Numbered from the stretch's first letter, positions 34,339 to 44,720 are shown. The stretch: 64,000 bases of DNA from an uncultured Clostridia bacterium (GCA_944378105.1 CALWGC010000022.1:96944-160943), one strand, 5' to 3'. Program-made: numbers and translations. Notes: a model not told the origin generated them from the sequence alone.

Positions 34339-35283
34339 TTACACGAGATTGACCGGCGTACCGGCAAGCCATTGGCGGAAGTTTTCAAACACAATCTCTG
34401 CCCGAATCTCCATGGCTTCTTTGCTGGCAAAGGCAATATGCGGTGTGGCCAGCACGTTTGGCGCCGTCAGCAGCACATCGTCTGTGGCCAAAGGCGGCTC
34501 CACATCAAAAACGTCAATGCCGGCCGCGGCCAGATGCCCGCTGTGCAGGGCCTTGGCCAAAGCCTGGCTATCCACCACAGGGCCCCGGGCCGTATTGATG
34601 AGGATGGCCCCTGGTTTCATCTTTGCAAACTGCGCTTCGCCCATCAAATGGCGGGTGGAGTCATTGAGCGGGCAATGGAGAGACACAATGTCCGACTGGG
34701 CCAGCAGTTCCTCCATGGAAACAAACTGCACGAAGGATGGTTCGTTCCCCGTCACATGGCGTCTGTAGCCCAATACCTTACACCCAAAGGCATGGCAAAG
34801 CTCTGCCACCCGCAGTCCGATGGTGCCGGCGCCAAGGATCCCTACGGTTTTTCCCTTCAGCTCCATGCCCATCAGACCGTCTTTGGTGCCCCCGGCCCGG
34901 CACCGCCGTTCCATCTCCGGCACAAAGCGCAGCAAGCTTAACATCATGCAAAGGGCCAATTCTGCCACGGCTTCCGTGGAATACCCAGCGGCATTGGACA
35001 CCGTCATCCCCAATTCTTTCGCCTTGGCCACGGCCACATGGTCCACGCCGGTAAAGGCAATGTCAATATAGCGCAGCTTGGGTGCTGCGGCAATGACTTC
35101 TGCCGAAAGGGGCATGTTGGCCAATAAGACGGCATCGGCGTCTTGCAGCCGTTCGATCTGTACCGCCGGGTCCGTATTTTTTTCATAACAAACAATCTCA
35201 TGGCCTTCTTCCAAAAACGGCTTACAAAGTGCCGCCATTTTTTCTTCCGAAACGCCAAGGCTTTCTAATACCACCAGTTTCAT
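34339..35283 (-). CDS. D-isomer-specific 2-hydroxyacid dehydrogenase (PGDH / glycerate dehydrogenase-like)
   Basis: 314 aa. NAD motif GILGAGTIGLRVA. Catalytic segments INTARGPVVD and TPHIAFAS. Confidence 0.9.
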   Translation of the reverse strand: MKLVVLESLGVSEEKMAALCKPFLEEGHEIVCYEKNTDPAVQIERLQDADAVLLANMPLSAEVIAAAPKLRYIDIAFTGVDHVAVAKAKELGMTVSNAAGYSTEAVAELALCMMLSLLRFVPEMERRCRAGGTKDGLMGMELKGKTVGILGAGTIGLRVAELCHAFGCKVLGYRRHVTGNEPSFVQFVSMEELLAQSDIVSLHCPLNDSTRHLMGEAQFAKMKPGAILINTARGPVVDSQALAKALHSGHLAAAGIDVFDVEPPLATDDVLLTAPNVLATPHIAFASKEAMEIRAEIVFENFRQWLAGTPVNLV

Positions 35284-35315
35284 GTTCTTTCCCCTCGCTC
35301 TCTTCTATTTCTTTT

Positions 35316-35828
35316 TTATCTTTCGCCCATCAAAGGCGGTGCATAGGTCACCATTCCCTGGGGAATTTCGCCATTTCCCAACGGAAGTATCATCCCGTAT
35401 TCCTCCGGCACAGGAAAAGGCAATCGAATCCCAAACGACGATGCCGGTAAGAAACCGGCTTTTGCATAATAAGCCGGGTTTCCCAACACCACCACACAGT
35501 CATAGCCCATCTCCTTGGCCCGGCGGTGTCCTTCTGCCATCAGACTTTGCCCAACGCCTTTGTTCTGTTCCTCGGGGCTCACTGCCAATGGCGCCAGAGC
35601 CAACTCCTCTTTTCCTCCCAAAGAAATTTTGGTCCAAAGTCCATACCCAATGATCCGGCCCTCTTTTTCGGCCACCAGCGCAAGCTTGGGCACATATTGC
35701 GCCGTATGCCGCAGCGATACCACCAAATCCTGCTCCGTACCGTCTGCCTGCTCTGCCGTCAAAAATGCCGCTTGGACCAATTCATAAATGGCTGGAAAAT
35801 CCTCTGGTTGCTCTTGTCGAATTTCCAT
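35316..35828 (-). CDS. GNAT-family N-acetyltransferase (YhbS-like)
   Basis: 170 aa. LAVSPEEQNKGVGQSLM motif. Confidence 0.8.
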   Translation of the reverse strand: MEIRQEQPEDFPAIYELVQAAFLTAEQADGTEQDLVVSLRHTAQYVPKLALVAEKEGRIIGYGLWTKISLGGKEELALAPLAVSPEEQNKGVGQSLMAEGHRRAKEMGYDCVVVLGNPAYYAKAGFLPASSFGIRLPFPVPEEYGMILPLGNGEIPQGMVTYAPPLMGER

Positions 35829-35840
35829 CGTCTGTTCCTT

Positions 35841-36986
35841 TCACTTTCTGGGCATCTTGGGCGGTTTTGGCCCAAAGAATTGATAATAGTCGGTTTTGAT
35901 GCGACCATTAAAAATCTTCCGCTTGGCGTCTGCCTTGCGGCCAAACAAGCTTTCAAAATATTCCATGGAAGTGATGACATAGGCGCCCCAAGTTTCGTTT
36001 TGCTTGAGCAATTTTCCCAAAGAGCGATACAGCTCTTCCACTTCCTTTAATTCCCCGATTCGCTCGCCATAAGGGGGATTTGTGATGATGCAGCCATAAT
36101 CCCCAATCAGCTTAGCCTCTTGGGCCGGGCGCACTTCAAAGGTGATGCAGTCGTCCACGCCGGCTTTTTCGGCATTTTCCTTGGCCACGGCAATGGCTTC
36201 CGGGTCGATATCACTGCCATAAATTTGAGGCATCACATCATAATCAATGGCCTGGTAGGCCGCCACCCGGGCCTGCTTCCAAATCTGCGGCGCAATTTGC
36301 GGCCATTCTTCGCTGGCAAAGCGGCGATGAATCCCCGGGGCCACATTGCGGGCAATGAGGGCCGCTTCGATGGGGATGGTGCCGGAACCACACAGCGGGT
36401 CCAATAACGGCCGGCTTTTATTCCAGTAACTTAAATCCACCATGGCCGCCGCCAATGTTTCTTTTAAAGGCGCCACCATGGCCGTTTCCCGGTAACCCCG
36501 TTTATGCAAACTTCCGCCGCTGGTGTCGATGGTCAATGTGGCAATGTCATTGAGCAGGGCCACCTGGATGGTATATTCCGGCCCCGTTTCGTCAAACCAG
36601 CTGACATGATATTTTTGTTTCAGTTTTTCCACCACGGCCTTTTTCACAATGGCCTGGCAGTCGGAAACGCTAAACAGCGTGGATTTCACACTTTTGCCCG
36701 TCACCGTAAACTTGCCGTCTTCCGTAATCCAGTTCCCCCAAGGCAAAGCCTTGGTGCCCTCAAACAAATCGTCAAAGGTGGTGGCGCGAAATTCGCCCAT
36801 TTTGATGAGCACCTTGCTGGCAAAACGCAGCCACAAATTGGCCTTGACAATATCCGCCTCCGTGCCCGTAAATTCCACCCGGCCGTCGTACGTTTTCACA
36901 TTTTCAAACCCTAGCCGGATCACTTCTCGCTTGACACATGCTTCCAGGCCAAAGGCCGTCGTTGCAATCAAATTGATTTTTTCCAT
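35841..36986 (-). CDS. THUMP-domain class I SAM-dependent RNA methyltransferase (RlmL/YpsC-like)
   Basis: ORF trimmed to MEKINLIATTAFGLE. DPLCGSGTI (SAM motif I) and ITNPPYGERIG (motif IV). Confidence 0.9.
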   Translation of the reverse strand: MEKINLIATTAFGLEACVKREVIRLGFENVKTYDGRVEFTGTEADIVKANLWLRFASKVLIKMGEFRATTFDDLFEGTKALPWGNWITEDGKFTVTGKSVKSTLFSVSDCQAIVKKAVVEKLKQKYHVSWFDETGPEYTIQVALLNDIATLTIDTSGGSLHKRGYRETAMVAPLKETLAAAMVDLSYWNKSRPLLDPLCGSGTIPIEAALIARNVAPGIHRRFASEEWPQIAPQIWKQARVAAYQAIDYDVMPQIYGSDIDPEAIAVAKENAEKAGVDDCITFEVRPAQEAKLIGDYGCIITNPPYGERIGELKEVEELYRSLGKLLKQNETWGAYVITSMEYFESLFGRKADAKRKIFNGRIKTDYYQFFGPKPPKMPRK

Positions 36987-37054
36987 GTTTCCTTCTCCAT
37001 CTTCGTTTTTCAACCATCTTTTTTACGAGTATATCACATTTTCTTTTGTTTTCC

Positions 37055-37096
37055 AATGAAAAAAAGCCTTGTCTTACCCAAAGACAAAGGCTTTTT
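37055..37096 (-). terminator. Intrinsic terminator after the yerC-like gene
   Basis: On the minus strand: AAAGCCUUUGUCUU-UGGGU-AAGACAAGGCUUU followed by UUUUUU. Confidence 0.65.
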
Positions 37097-37122
37097 GCGC
37101 GTTTTCGCCCATTTTGTTCTTC

Positions 37123-37476
37123 TTATTGCTCTTCCAGCGTGCTTTCCACCGGAATGACGCCTTGCTTTTCGTTCAGGCGATCGATGGCCAGCTTATAGCC
37201 GTCGGTGCCATAAATCAAGGCTCGGTTCACCCGGCTGATGGTGGCTGTGGAAGCGCCGGTCTTTTCTGCAATTTCCACATAAGTGCATTTTCTCTCCAGC
37301 ATCTCTGCCACCGCCATCCGTTGGGCAATGGCATTGATTTCATGCACCGTGCAAAGATCTTCAAACAACCGGTAACAGTCCTCCACCGTCTCCATCGTCA
37401 GCACATACTCAAAGAGCCTGTCTGCAAATTTGCTTCTGATTTTTTGATTCACGCCCATCACCTTTCGCTTATCCAA
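37123..37476 (-). CDS. YerC/YecD-family TrpR-like DNA-binding protein
   Basis: ELCTVHEINAIAQRMAVAEMLERKCTYVEIAEKTGASTATISRVNRAL is the family's HTH signature. The start is 37476 or 37458. Confidence 0.8.
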   Translation of the reverse strand: MDKRKVMGVNQKIRSKFADRLFEYVLTMETVEDCYRLFEDLCTVHEINAIAQRMAVAEMLERKCTYVEIAEKTGASTATISRVNRALIYGTDGYKLAIDRLNEKQGVIPVESTLEEQ

Positions 37477-37549
37477 AAAGATACTCTAGTTGGTATTTTA
37501 ACATTTCACAGCGTTAAAGTAAAGGGCTTTTCGAAATTTCTGCCAGATT

Positions 37550-37804
37550 TTACACACCCGGCTCTACTTCTGTGGAAACGCGAAACATTTTTTTCATTTG
37601 TTTCCAGCAATCCTCGCAAATGTCGGCTTCTTCCCGTACCCCGTCCTGGCCGGAAAAATAACCCCATTCCTTTTCCAGATGAATGAAGTCCTCAAAATAG
37701 CCGTTTTCGTCCGTTGTCAACTGTCTTCCACAACAATTACAAACCACTTGGGCAATCACTTCTTGCTCCACTTGCCGTTTTTCTTTGATAATCACCCATA
37801 TCAC
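37550..37804 (-). CDS. Small hypothetical protein with two Cys pairs (zinc-ribbon-like)
   Basis: 84 aa with CNCC...CEDC spaced ~45 aa apart. Single clean ORF in an otherwise empty gap. No family recognised. Confidence 0.5.
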   Translation of the reverse strand: MIWVIIKEKRQVEQEVIAQVVCNCCGRQLTTDENGYFEDFIHLEKEWGYFSGQDGVREEADICEDCWKQMKKMFRVSTEVEPGV

Positions 37805-37898
37805 CTCTCTTTTGTCCCCATTTTACCGCATTTTTTGCAAAAAAGATATATATAATCTCTGGCAGCCGTGGTAAAATAAACTTCTGGAGGCGATTGGA

Positions 37899-38840
37899 TT
37901 GTATCTTCATGTTTATGACCTCACCGACTGTACCCTTTGCCCGCGCCGCTGCCACGGCGACCGCACCCGTCCCCCCTATGGCTATTGCCAAAGCGGGACT
38001 GCGCCAAAGGCGGCCCTGGCCTCGGTGCACCAGTACGAAGAACCGCCCATCAGTGGCACCCGTGGTTCGGGTACGGTCTTTTTTTCCGGCTGCGCCTTGC
38101 GCTGCGTCTTTTGTCAAAATTACACCATCAGTCAAGAAAACAACGGCGTAACACTAACTACAGAAGAACTGGCTGACACCTTTTTGTCTTTGCAAGAAAA
38201 ACAAGTCCATAATCTTAACTTAGTCACCGCCGGCCACTTTCTTCCCTCTGTGGTGGACGCACTTCGTCTGGCCAAAGAACAGGGATTGACCCTTCCGGTG
38301 GTCTATAATTCCAGTGGATATGAAACGGTGGAGGCGCTGTCTTTATTGGAAGGACTGGTGGATATTTATTTGCCGGACTGCAAATACTATGACACTGCCC
38401 TTTCTGCAAAGCTTTCTCACTGCCCAGACTATTTTTTCCATGCCGCAAAGGCCATCGGCGAAATGGTGCGCCAGGTGGGCGAAGCCGTTTTTGATGAAAA
38501 CGGCCTGATGCAGCGAGGTGTCATTATCCGCCACATGGTGCTGCCCTCGGCCAGAGAGGATAGTAAAAAAATTCTTTCTTGGATCAAAGAAACCTTCGGC
38601 GATACGGTCTATGTATCGCTTTTGCGGCAATATACGCCCATGTATTTGGCCAAAGAGTTTCCGCCCTTTCACCGAAAACTGACGACGTTTGAATATGAAG
38701 ACGTGGTGGACCACTTTCTCTCCCTGGGTCTCACCCATGGATTTCGCCAAGAAAAGTCTTCTGCCACCTCTGCCTATACCCCACTGTTTGACGGCTCCGG
38801 CCTTTGCCGCCGTGCCACATCCCGAAAGGAGGAATCTTGA
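37899..38840 (+). CDS. Radical SAM protein (PflX-type, pyruvate formate-lyase-activase-like)
   Basis: 313 aa. TTG start 8 nt after GGAGG. N-terminal Cys cluster CTLCPRRCHGDR...YC and radical SAM motif GCALRCVFCQN. Confidence 0.85.
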   Translation: MYLHVYDLTDCTLCPRRCHGDRTRPPYGYCQSGTAPKAALASVHQYEEPPISGTRGSGTVFFSGCALRCVFCQNYTISQENNGVTLTTEELADTFLSLQEKQVHNLNLVTAGHFLPSVVDALRLAKEQGLTLPVVYNSSGYETVEALSLLEGLVDIYLPDCKYYDTALSAKLSHCPDYFFHAAKAIGEMVRQVGEAVFDENGLMQRGVIIRHMVLPSAREDSKKILSWIKETFGDTVYVSLLRQYTPMYLAKEFPPFHRKLTTFEYEDVVDHFLSLGLTHGFRQEKSSATSAYTPLFDGSGLCRRATSRKEES

Positions 38841-40060
38841 TGAAAACCGTAACGGAACGCTTTTTAGAATTGGTTACAAAACCTTCCACCAGCTGTGAAA
38901 CCAGTGCCACGGTGCCCAGCACCCTCTGCCAAAAAGACCTGGCCCTTTTTTTACTTCATGAGTGTGAAAAAATGGGGCTTACCGATTGTTTTCTCAGCGA
39001 TACCGGCTATGTCTATGCCCGTCTGCCAAAAACAGCCGAAGGCTTCCACACCCTGGGCTTCATTGCCCATATGGATACCAGTCCTGATGCACCTGGGGAA
39101 AATGTCCACCCTGTATTGACAAGAAATTATGATGGCGGCGATATCATTTTGCCCTATCGGACCATTTCTCCCAGTCAATTTCCAGATTTGCTCTTGTACC
39201 AAGGACAAGATATTCTCACCTCCGATGGCTCCACACTCCTTGGCGCCGACGATAAGGCCGGCATTGCAGAAATTTTAGCGGCCATCGAAACCTTGGTCAC
39301 CCATCCAGAAATCCCCCACGGGGAAATTGCCCTTGCCTTCACGCCAGATGAAGAAATTGGCCGCGGGGCCGACCATTTTGACATTGCCCGTTTTGGGGCA
39401 GACTTTGCCTATACCGTTGACGGCGGGAAACTTGGCGAGCTGGAATATGAAAATTTCAATGCCGCTTCTGCCGTCGTTCATATCACCGGTGTCAACGTCC
39501 ATCCCGGCACGGCCAAGGGCCTGATGAAAAACGCCTTGCTGATGGCAAACGAATTTATTTCCGCTTTTCCTGCCAGCGAAACCCCGGCCCATACGGAAGG
39601 ATACGAAGGCTTTTTCCATCTAAACCAAATGGAGGGCAATGTTTCTGACTGTACGCTGCACTACATCATCCGTGACTTTGACAAAGAACGTTTTGCCGCC
39701 CGCAAGGCTTTGTTTGAGACCGTAAAAGACCAACTGAACGCCCATTTTGGCGATTGTATCACCGTCACGGTCCAGGATCAGTATTACAACATGGCAGAAA
39801 AATTGGCCCCCCATCCCCACATTGTAGCCCTGGCCAAGGAGGCCATGGAGTCTGTGGGGGTAACGCCCCTCATCGGCCCCATCCGCGGCGGCACCGATGG
39901 CGCCCGGCTTTCCTTTGAAGGCCTCCCCTGCCCCAATCTCTTTGCCGGCGGCCATAACTTCCATGGCGTTTATGAATTTGTGCCGGTGCAAAGCATGGAA
40001 AAAGCCGTGGAGGTGCTTTTGGCCATTGCCAAAAATGCAAAAAAAGAAAAAAAGGCTTGA
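38840..40060 (+). CDS. pepT: Peptidase T (tripeptide aminopeptidase, M20B)
   Basis: ORF trimmed to MKTVTERFLELV. AHMDTSPD, GADDKAGIAEIL and FTPDEEIGRGA motifs. The start overlaps the preceding stop by 1 nt. Confidence 0.9.
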   Translation: MKTVTERFLELVTKPSTSCETSATVPSTLCQKDLALFLLHECEKMGLTDCFLSDTGYVYARLPKTAEGFHTLGFIAHMDTSPDAPGENVHPVLTRNYDGGDIILPYRTISPSQFPDLLLYQGQDILTSDGSTLLGADDKAGIAEILAAIETLVTHPEIPHGEIALAFTPDEEIGRGADHFDIARFGADFAYTVDGGKLGELEYENFNAASAVVHITGVNVHPGTAKGLMKNALLMANEFISAFPASETPAHTEGYEGFFHLNQMEGNVSDCTLHYIIRDFDKERFAARKALFETVKDQLNAHFGDCITVTVQDQYYNMAEKLAPHPHIVALAKEAMESVGVTPLIGPIRGGTDGARLSFEGLPCPNLFAGGHNFHGVYEFVPVQSMEKAVEVLLAIAKNAKKEKKA

Positions 40061-40085
40061 CAATTGGAAAAAGCCATGGTAGCAT
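40057..40085 (+). promoter_or_regulatory. Candidate sigma-A promoter of the tyrS leader
   Basis: TTGACA (40057-40062, overlapping the pepT stop), 17-nt spacer, TGgTAGCAT. Confidence 0.4.
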
Positions 40086-40158
40086 AAAGCCAATTTCATA
40101 AAACACGCAATGATCGGGTTGACAAAGCACCGTTTGTACTTGCTTTGTTGGGCTTTTT

Positions 40159-40356
40159 CGGGTGACTAAGCAGAGAGCGAATTGGTTGGTGAAAAATTCG
40201 CCGCACCGCAAAAAGTAAATTACCGCCCGTAGCCATCGGCTTAGCCGCCGACGGGTTTGCCCGTTATAGCAGCGAAAGGCACGTTCATTTTGACGTGTAA
40301 ACAAAGGTGGTACCACGGGTTCTCTCGTCCTTTTTTAGGACGGGAGATTTTTTTTG
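40159..40356 (+). promoter_or_regulatory. T-box riboswitch leader (tyrosine specifier) controlling tyrS
   Basis: Stem I base CGGGUG (40159-64) / CGCCCG (40224-29). AGAGA bulge at 40172-76. Distal stem GCGAAUU/AAUUCGC with a GGUUGGUGAAA loop. AGUA then UAC (40221-23) on the 3' side of the specifier loop. T-box sequence AAAGGUGGUACCACGGG at 40303-19. Terminator CUCUCGUCC/GGACGGGAG plus a U9 run. Confidence 0.85.
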
Positions 40357-40381
40357 AGAAAAACAAGGAGGAGAATTCGAA

Positions 40382-41614
40382 ATGAAAAACGCATTGGAAG
40401 TATTGGAAGAAAGAGGGTTTATTGAACAGCTGACCCATGAAGACGAAATTCGGGAACTGTTTGCCAAAAACGAACCCATTACGTTTTATATCGGTTTTGA
40501 CCCCACCGCCGATAGCCTTCATGTGGGGCACTTTTTGACTGTCATGGCCATGGCCCATTTGCAGCGGGCCGGACACCGCCCCATCTGTCTGATGGGCGGC
40601 GGCACTGGCATGATTGGCGACCCCACCGGCAAAACCGATATGCGCCAGATGATGACCGTCGAAACCATCGACCACAACGTGGCCTGCTTCAAAAAACAGC
40701 TGAGCCATTTCATCGACTTTGACGACGACAAAGCCATCATCGCCAATAACGCCGACTGGATTCGTAACCTCAACTACATCGATTTTCTGCGGGAAATCGG
40801 TGTTCACTTCTCCGTCAACCGGATGCTGACGGCAGAATGCTTCAAAACCAGAATGGAAAAAGGTCTTTCCTTCCTGGAATTTAACTATATGTTGATGCAG
40901 GCCAACGACTTTTTGGAACTGAATAAAAAATATGGCTGCGTGATGCAGTTGGGCGGTAACGACCAATGGAGCAACATCATCGCAGGCGTGGATTTGATTC
41001 GCCGCAAAGAACAAAAGCCGGCCTTTGGCATGACCTTCAAACTGTTGACCAACAGCGAAGGCAAAAAAATGGGCAAAACGGAAAAAGGCGCCGTTTGGCT
41101 GGACCCAGAAAAAACGTCTTCTTACGAATTTTATCAGTACTGGAGAAACGTGGACGACAAAGACGTGGAAAACTGCCTGGCCCTTCTGACGTTCTTGCCT
41201 ATGGAAGAAGTTCGTCGTTTGGGCGCTTTGGAAGGCAGTGCCATCAACGAAGCCAAAGAAGTACTGGCCTTTGAGCTGACCAAAATTGTCCACAGCGAAG
41301 AAGAAGCCCAGAAAGCACAGCAGGCAGCCCGCGCTCTTTTTGGCGGCGGCGCCCAGGGCGGCTCTGTGCCAGAAACAGAAGTTTCTGCAGCCGAATTTGG
41401 CGAAGGTATGGACATTCTTTCCATCCTCACCCTCACCAAACTGTGTGCTTCCCGCGCCGAAGGCCGTCGTTTGGTACAGCAAGGCGGGCTGAAACTGAAC
41501 GATGAAAAAGTGGAAAGCTTTGACCTGGTAGTAACGAAAGAAATGCTTCAGGATGGTTCTGTGATGCTGCAAAAGGGCAAAAAATCCTTCCACCGTCTGA
41601 AAGTTACGGAATAA
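40382..41614 (+). CDS. tyrS: Tyrosine--tRNA ligase
   Basis: 410 aa. HIGH-type motif (SLHVGHF), KMSKS-type motif (KKMGKT) and a C-terminal S4-like domain. Confidence 0.95.
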   Translation: MKNALEVLEERGFIEQLTHEDEIRELFAKNEPITFYIGFDPTADSLHVGHFLTVMAMAHLQRAGHRPICLMGGGTGMIGDPTGKTDMRQMMTVETIDHNVACFKKQLSHFIDFDDDKAIIANNADWIRNLNYIDFLREIGVHFSVNRMLTAECFKTRMEKGLSFLEFNYMLMQANDFLELNKKYGCVMQLGGNDQWSNIIAGVDLIRRKEQKPAFGMTFKLLTNSEGKKMGKTEKGAVWLDPEKTSSYEFYQYWRNVDDKDVENCLALLTFLPMEEVRRLGALEGSAINEAKEVLAFELTKIVHSEEEAQKAQQAARALFGGGAQGGSVPETEVSAAEFGEGMDILSILTLTKLCASRAEGRRLVQQGGLKLNDEKVESFDLVVTKEMLQDGSVMLQKGKKSFHRLKVTE

Positions 41615-41652
41615 AAAATCTCCGGCTAAGGCCAGAGATTTGAGAAAATTTT

Positions 41653-41684
41653 AAGGGTGCCAATCCCATTGGCACCCTTTTTTA
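41653..41684 (+). terminator. Intrinsic terminator after tyrS
   Basis: 12-bp stem AAGGGTGCCAAT / ATTGGCACCCTT with loop CCC, followed by TTTT. Confidence 0.7.
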
Positions 41685-41691
41685 GTTTCTT

Positions 41692-42513
41692 TCAATCTTT
41701 CTGCTGACAAAGGGCGGCACAAATCCCATCCACCAGATGCACAAAATCTGCCTTCACCCGTTTGGTCACGGCGATGACTTCTTCATGGCTTAAGGCTTTG
41801 TCGCTTACGCCTGCGGCCGGGTTTGTGATACAACTGATGCCCAACACTTGAAGCCCCGCATGGGCCGCCACAATGGCCTCCGGCACCGTACTCATCCCCA
41901 CAGCATCGGCACCAAGAATCCTGGCCATCCGCACCTCTGCCGGCGTTTCATAGCTGGGCCCGGAAAAACCGCAATAGATGCCTTCTTTGAGGGAAATACC
42001 TAATTCTTGTGCCACCTCTTTGGCCAAGGAACGCAGCGCCGGTGTATAACAAAAGCTCATATCCGGAAACCTTGGCCCAAGATTTTCCCAGTTTTTCCCC
42101 CGCAGCGGATTTTGCCCCATGAAGTTGATATGATCTGTAATGAGCATCAACGTGCCTTCGGCAAAGTCTGGGTTTACGCCGCCGGCCGCATTGGTCAGCA
42201 CCACCGTCTTTACCCCAAGCCGTGCCATCAGCCGCACCGGCATCACAACATCCTCCATATCATATCCTTCATAATAATGAAACCGCCCCTGCATACAAAT
42301 GACATCCGGCGTGATCACAAATTGCCCTTTGTGTCCCTCTACCGTGGAAACAGGGAAAAAAGGAATCTCCCCATACGGCACCGTGACAGCCTGAGACAAG
42401 GTATCTCCATAATCCCCCAACCCAGAACCTAAAATTAGCCCAAGCTTGGGACGATAGCTCATTTTTTGCTGCACAAAGGCAACGGCTTGTTCTAATTGTT
42501 CCATACGATCCAT
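41692..42513 (-). CDS. Purine nucleoside phosphorylase (PunA/PNP trimeric type)
   Basis: ORF trimmed to MDRMEQLEQAVAFVQQKMSYRPKLGLILGSGLG (RBS AGGAGG). RFHYYEG and VGMSTVPE motifs. Confidence 0.9.
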   Translation of the reverse strand: MDRMEQLEQAVAFVQQKMSYRPKLGLILGSGLGDYGDTLSQAVTVPYGEIPFFPVSTVEGHKGQFVITPDVICMQGRFHYYEGYDMEDVVMPVRLMARLGVKTVVLTNAAGGVNPDFAEGTLMLITDHINFMGQNPLRGKNWENLGPRFPDMSFCYTPALRSLAKEVAQELGISLKEGIYCGFSGPSYETPAEVRMARILGADAVGMSTVPEAIVAAHAGLQVLGISCITNPAAGVSDKALSHEEVIAVTKRVKADFVHLVDGICAALCQQKD

Positions 42514-42714
42514 GTATAACACCTCCTGTGTTTTCTTCTTGTTTCTGTATCGAAAGGGAAAATCCTTCTGGCAAATTTGCAGAAAATACCAAAAAAAGAT
42601 TAGACAATTTTTTGTCAAGGAATGGCTTTTGTTTGCTTGCAGTCGTTTCCTTTTTTATGCTATCATAAAAAAGAGCAAAGAATACATTGGCTCATTGAAA
42701 AGGAGGAATGCACT

Positions 42715-43293
42715 ATGGCAAAAAAAATTTTGATGCTTTGCGGCGATTTTACCGAAGATTATGAAACAATGGTACCTTTCCAGGCCCTGTCCATGCTGGG
42801 TTATCAGGTGGATGCCGTTTGCCCGGACAAAAAAGCCGGCGATACGGTGGCTACGGCCATTCATGACTTCATTGGGTTTCAGACTTATGCCGAATTGAGA
42901 GGCCATAATTTTGCACTGACTGCCGATTTTGATGCAGTCAAAACGGAAGACTATGTGGGGCTGTTTATCACTGGCGGCCGCGCACCAGAATACATCCGTT
43001 TGAACCCTCGTGTCATTGCCATTGTGCAGGAATTTTTTGCAGCCAATAAACCAGTGGCTTCCATCTGCCACGGCCCACAGATTTTGACGGCAGCCGGCGT
43101 GCTCAAAGGCTACAAAGCCACCTGCTATCCCGCTTGCAGCCCAGACATCGGTCTGGCTGGCGGCGAATATGTGGAAGTACCAGCCGATCAAGCCGTTGTA
43201 GACAAAAACTTGGTTACCGCTCCTGCTTGGCCAGGCAACACCGCCATCTGTCGGGAATTTGCCAAACTGCTGGGCGCAAAAATCGAAATCTAA
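42715..43293 (+). CDS. DJ-1/PfpI-family protein (intracellular protease / deglycase type)
   Basis: ORF trimmed to [17 protein letters not shown] (RBS AGGAGG). Nucleophile elbow [10 protein letters not shown]. Confidence 0.9.
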   Translation: MAKKILMLCGDFTEDYETMVPFQALSMLGYQVDAVCPDKKAGDTVATAIHDFIGFQTYAELRGHNFALTADFDAVKTEDYVGLFITGGRAPEYIRLNPRVIAIVQEFFAANKPVASICHGPQILTAAGVLKGYKATCYPACSPDIGLAGGEYVEVPADQAVVDKNLVTAPAWPGNTAICREFAKLLGAKIEI

Positions 43294-43317
43294 TCAAATG
43301 CTTCCGATCACAAACCC

Positions 43318-43350
43318 CCATCCAATGTTCTTGGATGGGGGTTTTCCTTT
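43318..43350. terminator. Bidirectional intrinsic terminator
   Basis: Stem AAACCCCCATCCA / TGGATGGGGGTTT, between the DJ-1 gene (+) and the radical SAM gene (-). Confidence 0.7.
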
Positions 43351-43355
43351 TCCTA

Positions 43356-44720
43356 TCATTTCTTTTGTTCCATTTTTTCTTTTTCTTTCTGCCACAACTG
43401 ATCGGCCTTAGGCTTCCACTGGTTGGCGTATGGCGTTGTGCGGTCGCATAAGGTGTCCACGTCTTCTAAGGATTCATAATCCGTCGAAACGGCCTTGGAC
43501 TCTTTCACCATGGCCCGCAATATTTCTGGGTTTTCCAGCATCGGACAAGGCCGCAGCATATTTTCCGAAAACGGCTGATGATCGTGATAAGCCAAAAACA
43601 AAGGCGACTGCAATGCCTCCAGCAACGTATGATTTCTGATATTCACATTGGAATAATGAATAAAGACACAAGGCTCTACATCGCCTTTGGCATTGATGTG
43701 TAAATATCTCCGGCCACCGGCGATACAGCCATCCACATATTGGGCATCGTTTTGAAAATCCATGGAAAAAATGGGTTTGGTTTGACGAAATGCCCGAATC
43801 CGCTGCATCATCTGTTCTCTTTGTTCTGGCGTTGGCAAAAGCGCCGGCACGGCGCCATTTCCTACTGGCATGTAATGGAAAAACCAAACAAACAATGCCC
43901 CGGCGTCAATGATCTGGTCAAAAAAGGCCTCGCTGCTGACGTCGTCACAGTTTTGGCTGGTATAACAGGTGGAAATCCCAAAAGGCAAGCCATGGGCTTT
44001 CAAGCGTTTCATGGCTTCCATCACTTTTTGATAAACCCCTGTGCCTCTTCGGCCATCGTTGGCCGTTTCAAACCCTTCCAAACTGATGGCAGGCACAAAG
44101 TTTTTCACCCGCAGCATTTCCTCGCAGAAGGCGTCGTCAATCAAGGTGCCGTTGGTAAAGGAAAGAAATTCACAGTCGCTGTGTTTTTCACACAAAGCCA
44201 TCAAGTCTGCTTTGCGCACCAAAGGTTCCCCGCCTGTAAAAATATACATATAGGTGCCCAATGCCTTGCCTTGGGTTATGATGGAGTCCAATTCTTCCAA
44301 TGTCAAGTTCAGCCGGTTTCCGTACTCGGCCGCCCAACAACCGGTGCAATGAAGATTGCAGGCCGATGTTGGGTCCAACAAAATGGCCCAGGGCACATTG
44401 CAATGATGTTTTTCCATCATTTCTTCTTGTGTGGCACTGCCAATCAAGCTGGCATTTAAAATAAAGTTTTCAAAAAAGGTCCGTCTGACCCCAGGGTCCA
44501 ATTCATAGACTTTCAAAATCAGCTGATACCAGTTGTTTTTATCCTCGATGGCTTGATGAAACGCATGAATTTGCGGGGCATACCAATTTTCTGGCACCAA
44601 CTGTTCCACCAAATGCATCAATTTTGGAATATTGGTTTGCGGATCATGGTCCAAATAGGTCAAGGCCTGGTGCACGGCCGCCGTCATTGCTGCTTGTTTT
44701 GCTTTTTCTTTCAGATTCAT
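43356..44720 (-). CDS. Radical SAM protein with a ~110-aa N-terminal extension and a Cys-containing C-terminal domain (substrate unknown)
   Basis: 454 aa. Radical SAM motif CNLHCTGCWAAEYG. Later Cys residues (DGCIAGG, EPCVF, RPCPM) suggest an auxiliary-cluster or SPASM-like region, but this is not verified. Confidence 0.8.
   Translation of the reverse strand: MNLKEKAKQAAMTAAVHQALTYLDHDPQTNIPKLMHLVEQLVPENWYAPQIHAFHQAIEDKNNWYQLILKVYELDPGVRRTFFENFILNASLIGSATQEEMMEKHHCNVPWAILLDPTSACNLHCTGCWAAEYGNRLNLTLEELDSIITQGKALGTYMYIFTGGEPLVRKADLMALCEKHSDCEFLSFTNGTLIDDAFCEEMLRVKNFVPAISLEGFETANDGRRGTGVYQKVMEAMKRLKAHGLPFGISTCYTSQNCDDVSSEAFFDQIIDAGALFVWFFHYMPVGNGAVPALLPTPEQREQMMQRIRAFRQTKPIFSMDFQNDAQYVDGCIAGGRRYLHINAKGDVEPCVFIHYSNVNIRNHTLLEALQSPLFLAYHDHQPFSENMLRPCPMLENPEILRAMVKESKAVSTDYESLEDVDTLCDRTTPYANQWKPKADQLWQKEKEKMEQKK

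Noticed and set aside
40241-41593. A 450-aa ORF on the minus strand covering almost all of tyrS in antisense.
   Set aside because: Its translation is F/H/G/K-rich and low-complexity, with no RBS and no recognisable domain. The plus-strand frame encodes a complete TyrRS with HIGH and KMSKS motifs and is preceded by a T-box. Long stop-free antisense frames recur throughout this window and are explained by codon bias of the real genes.
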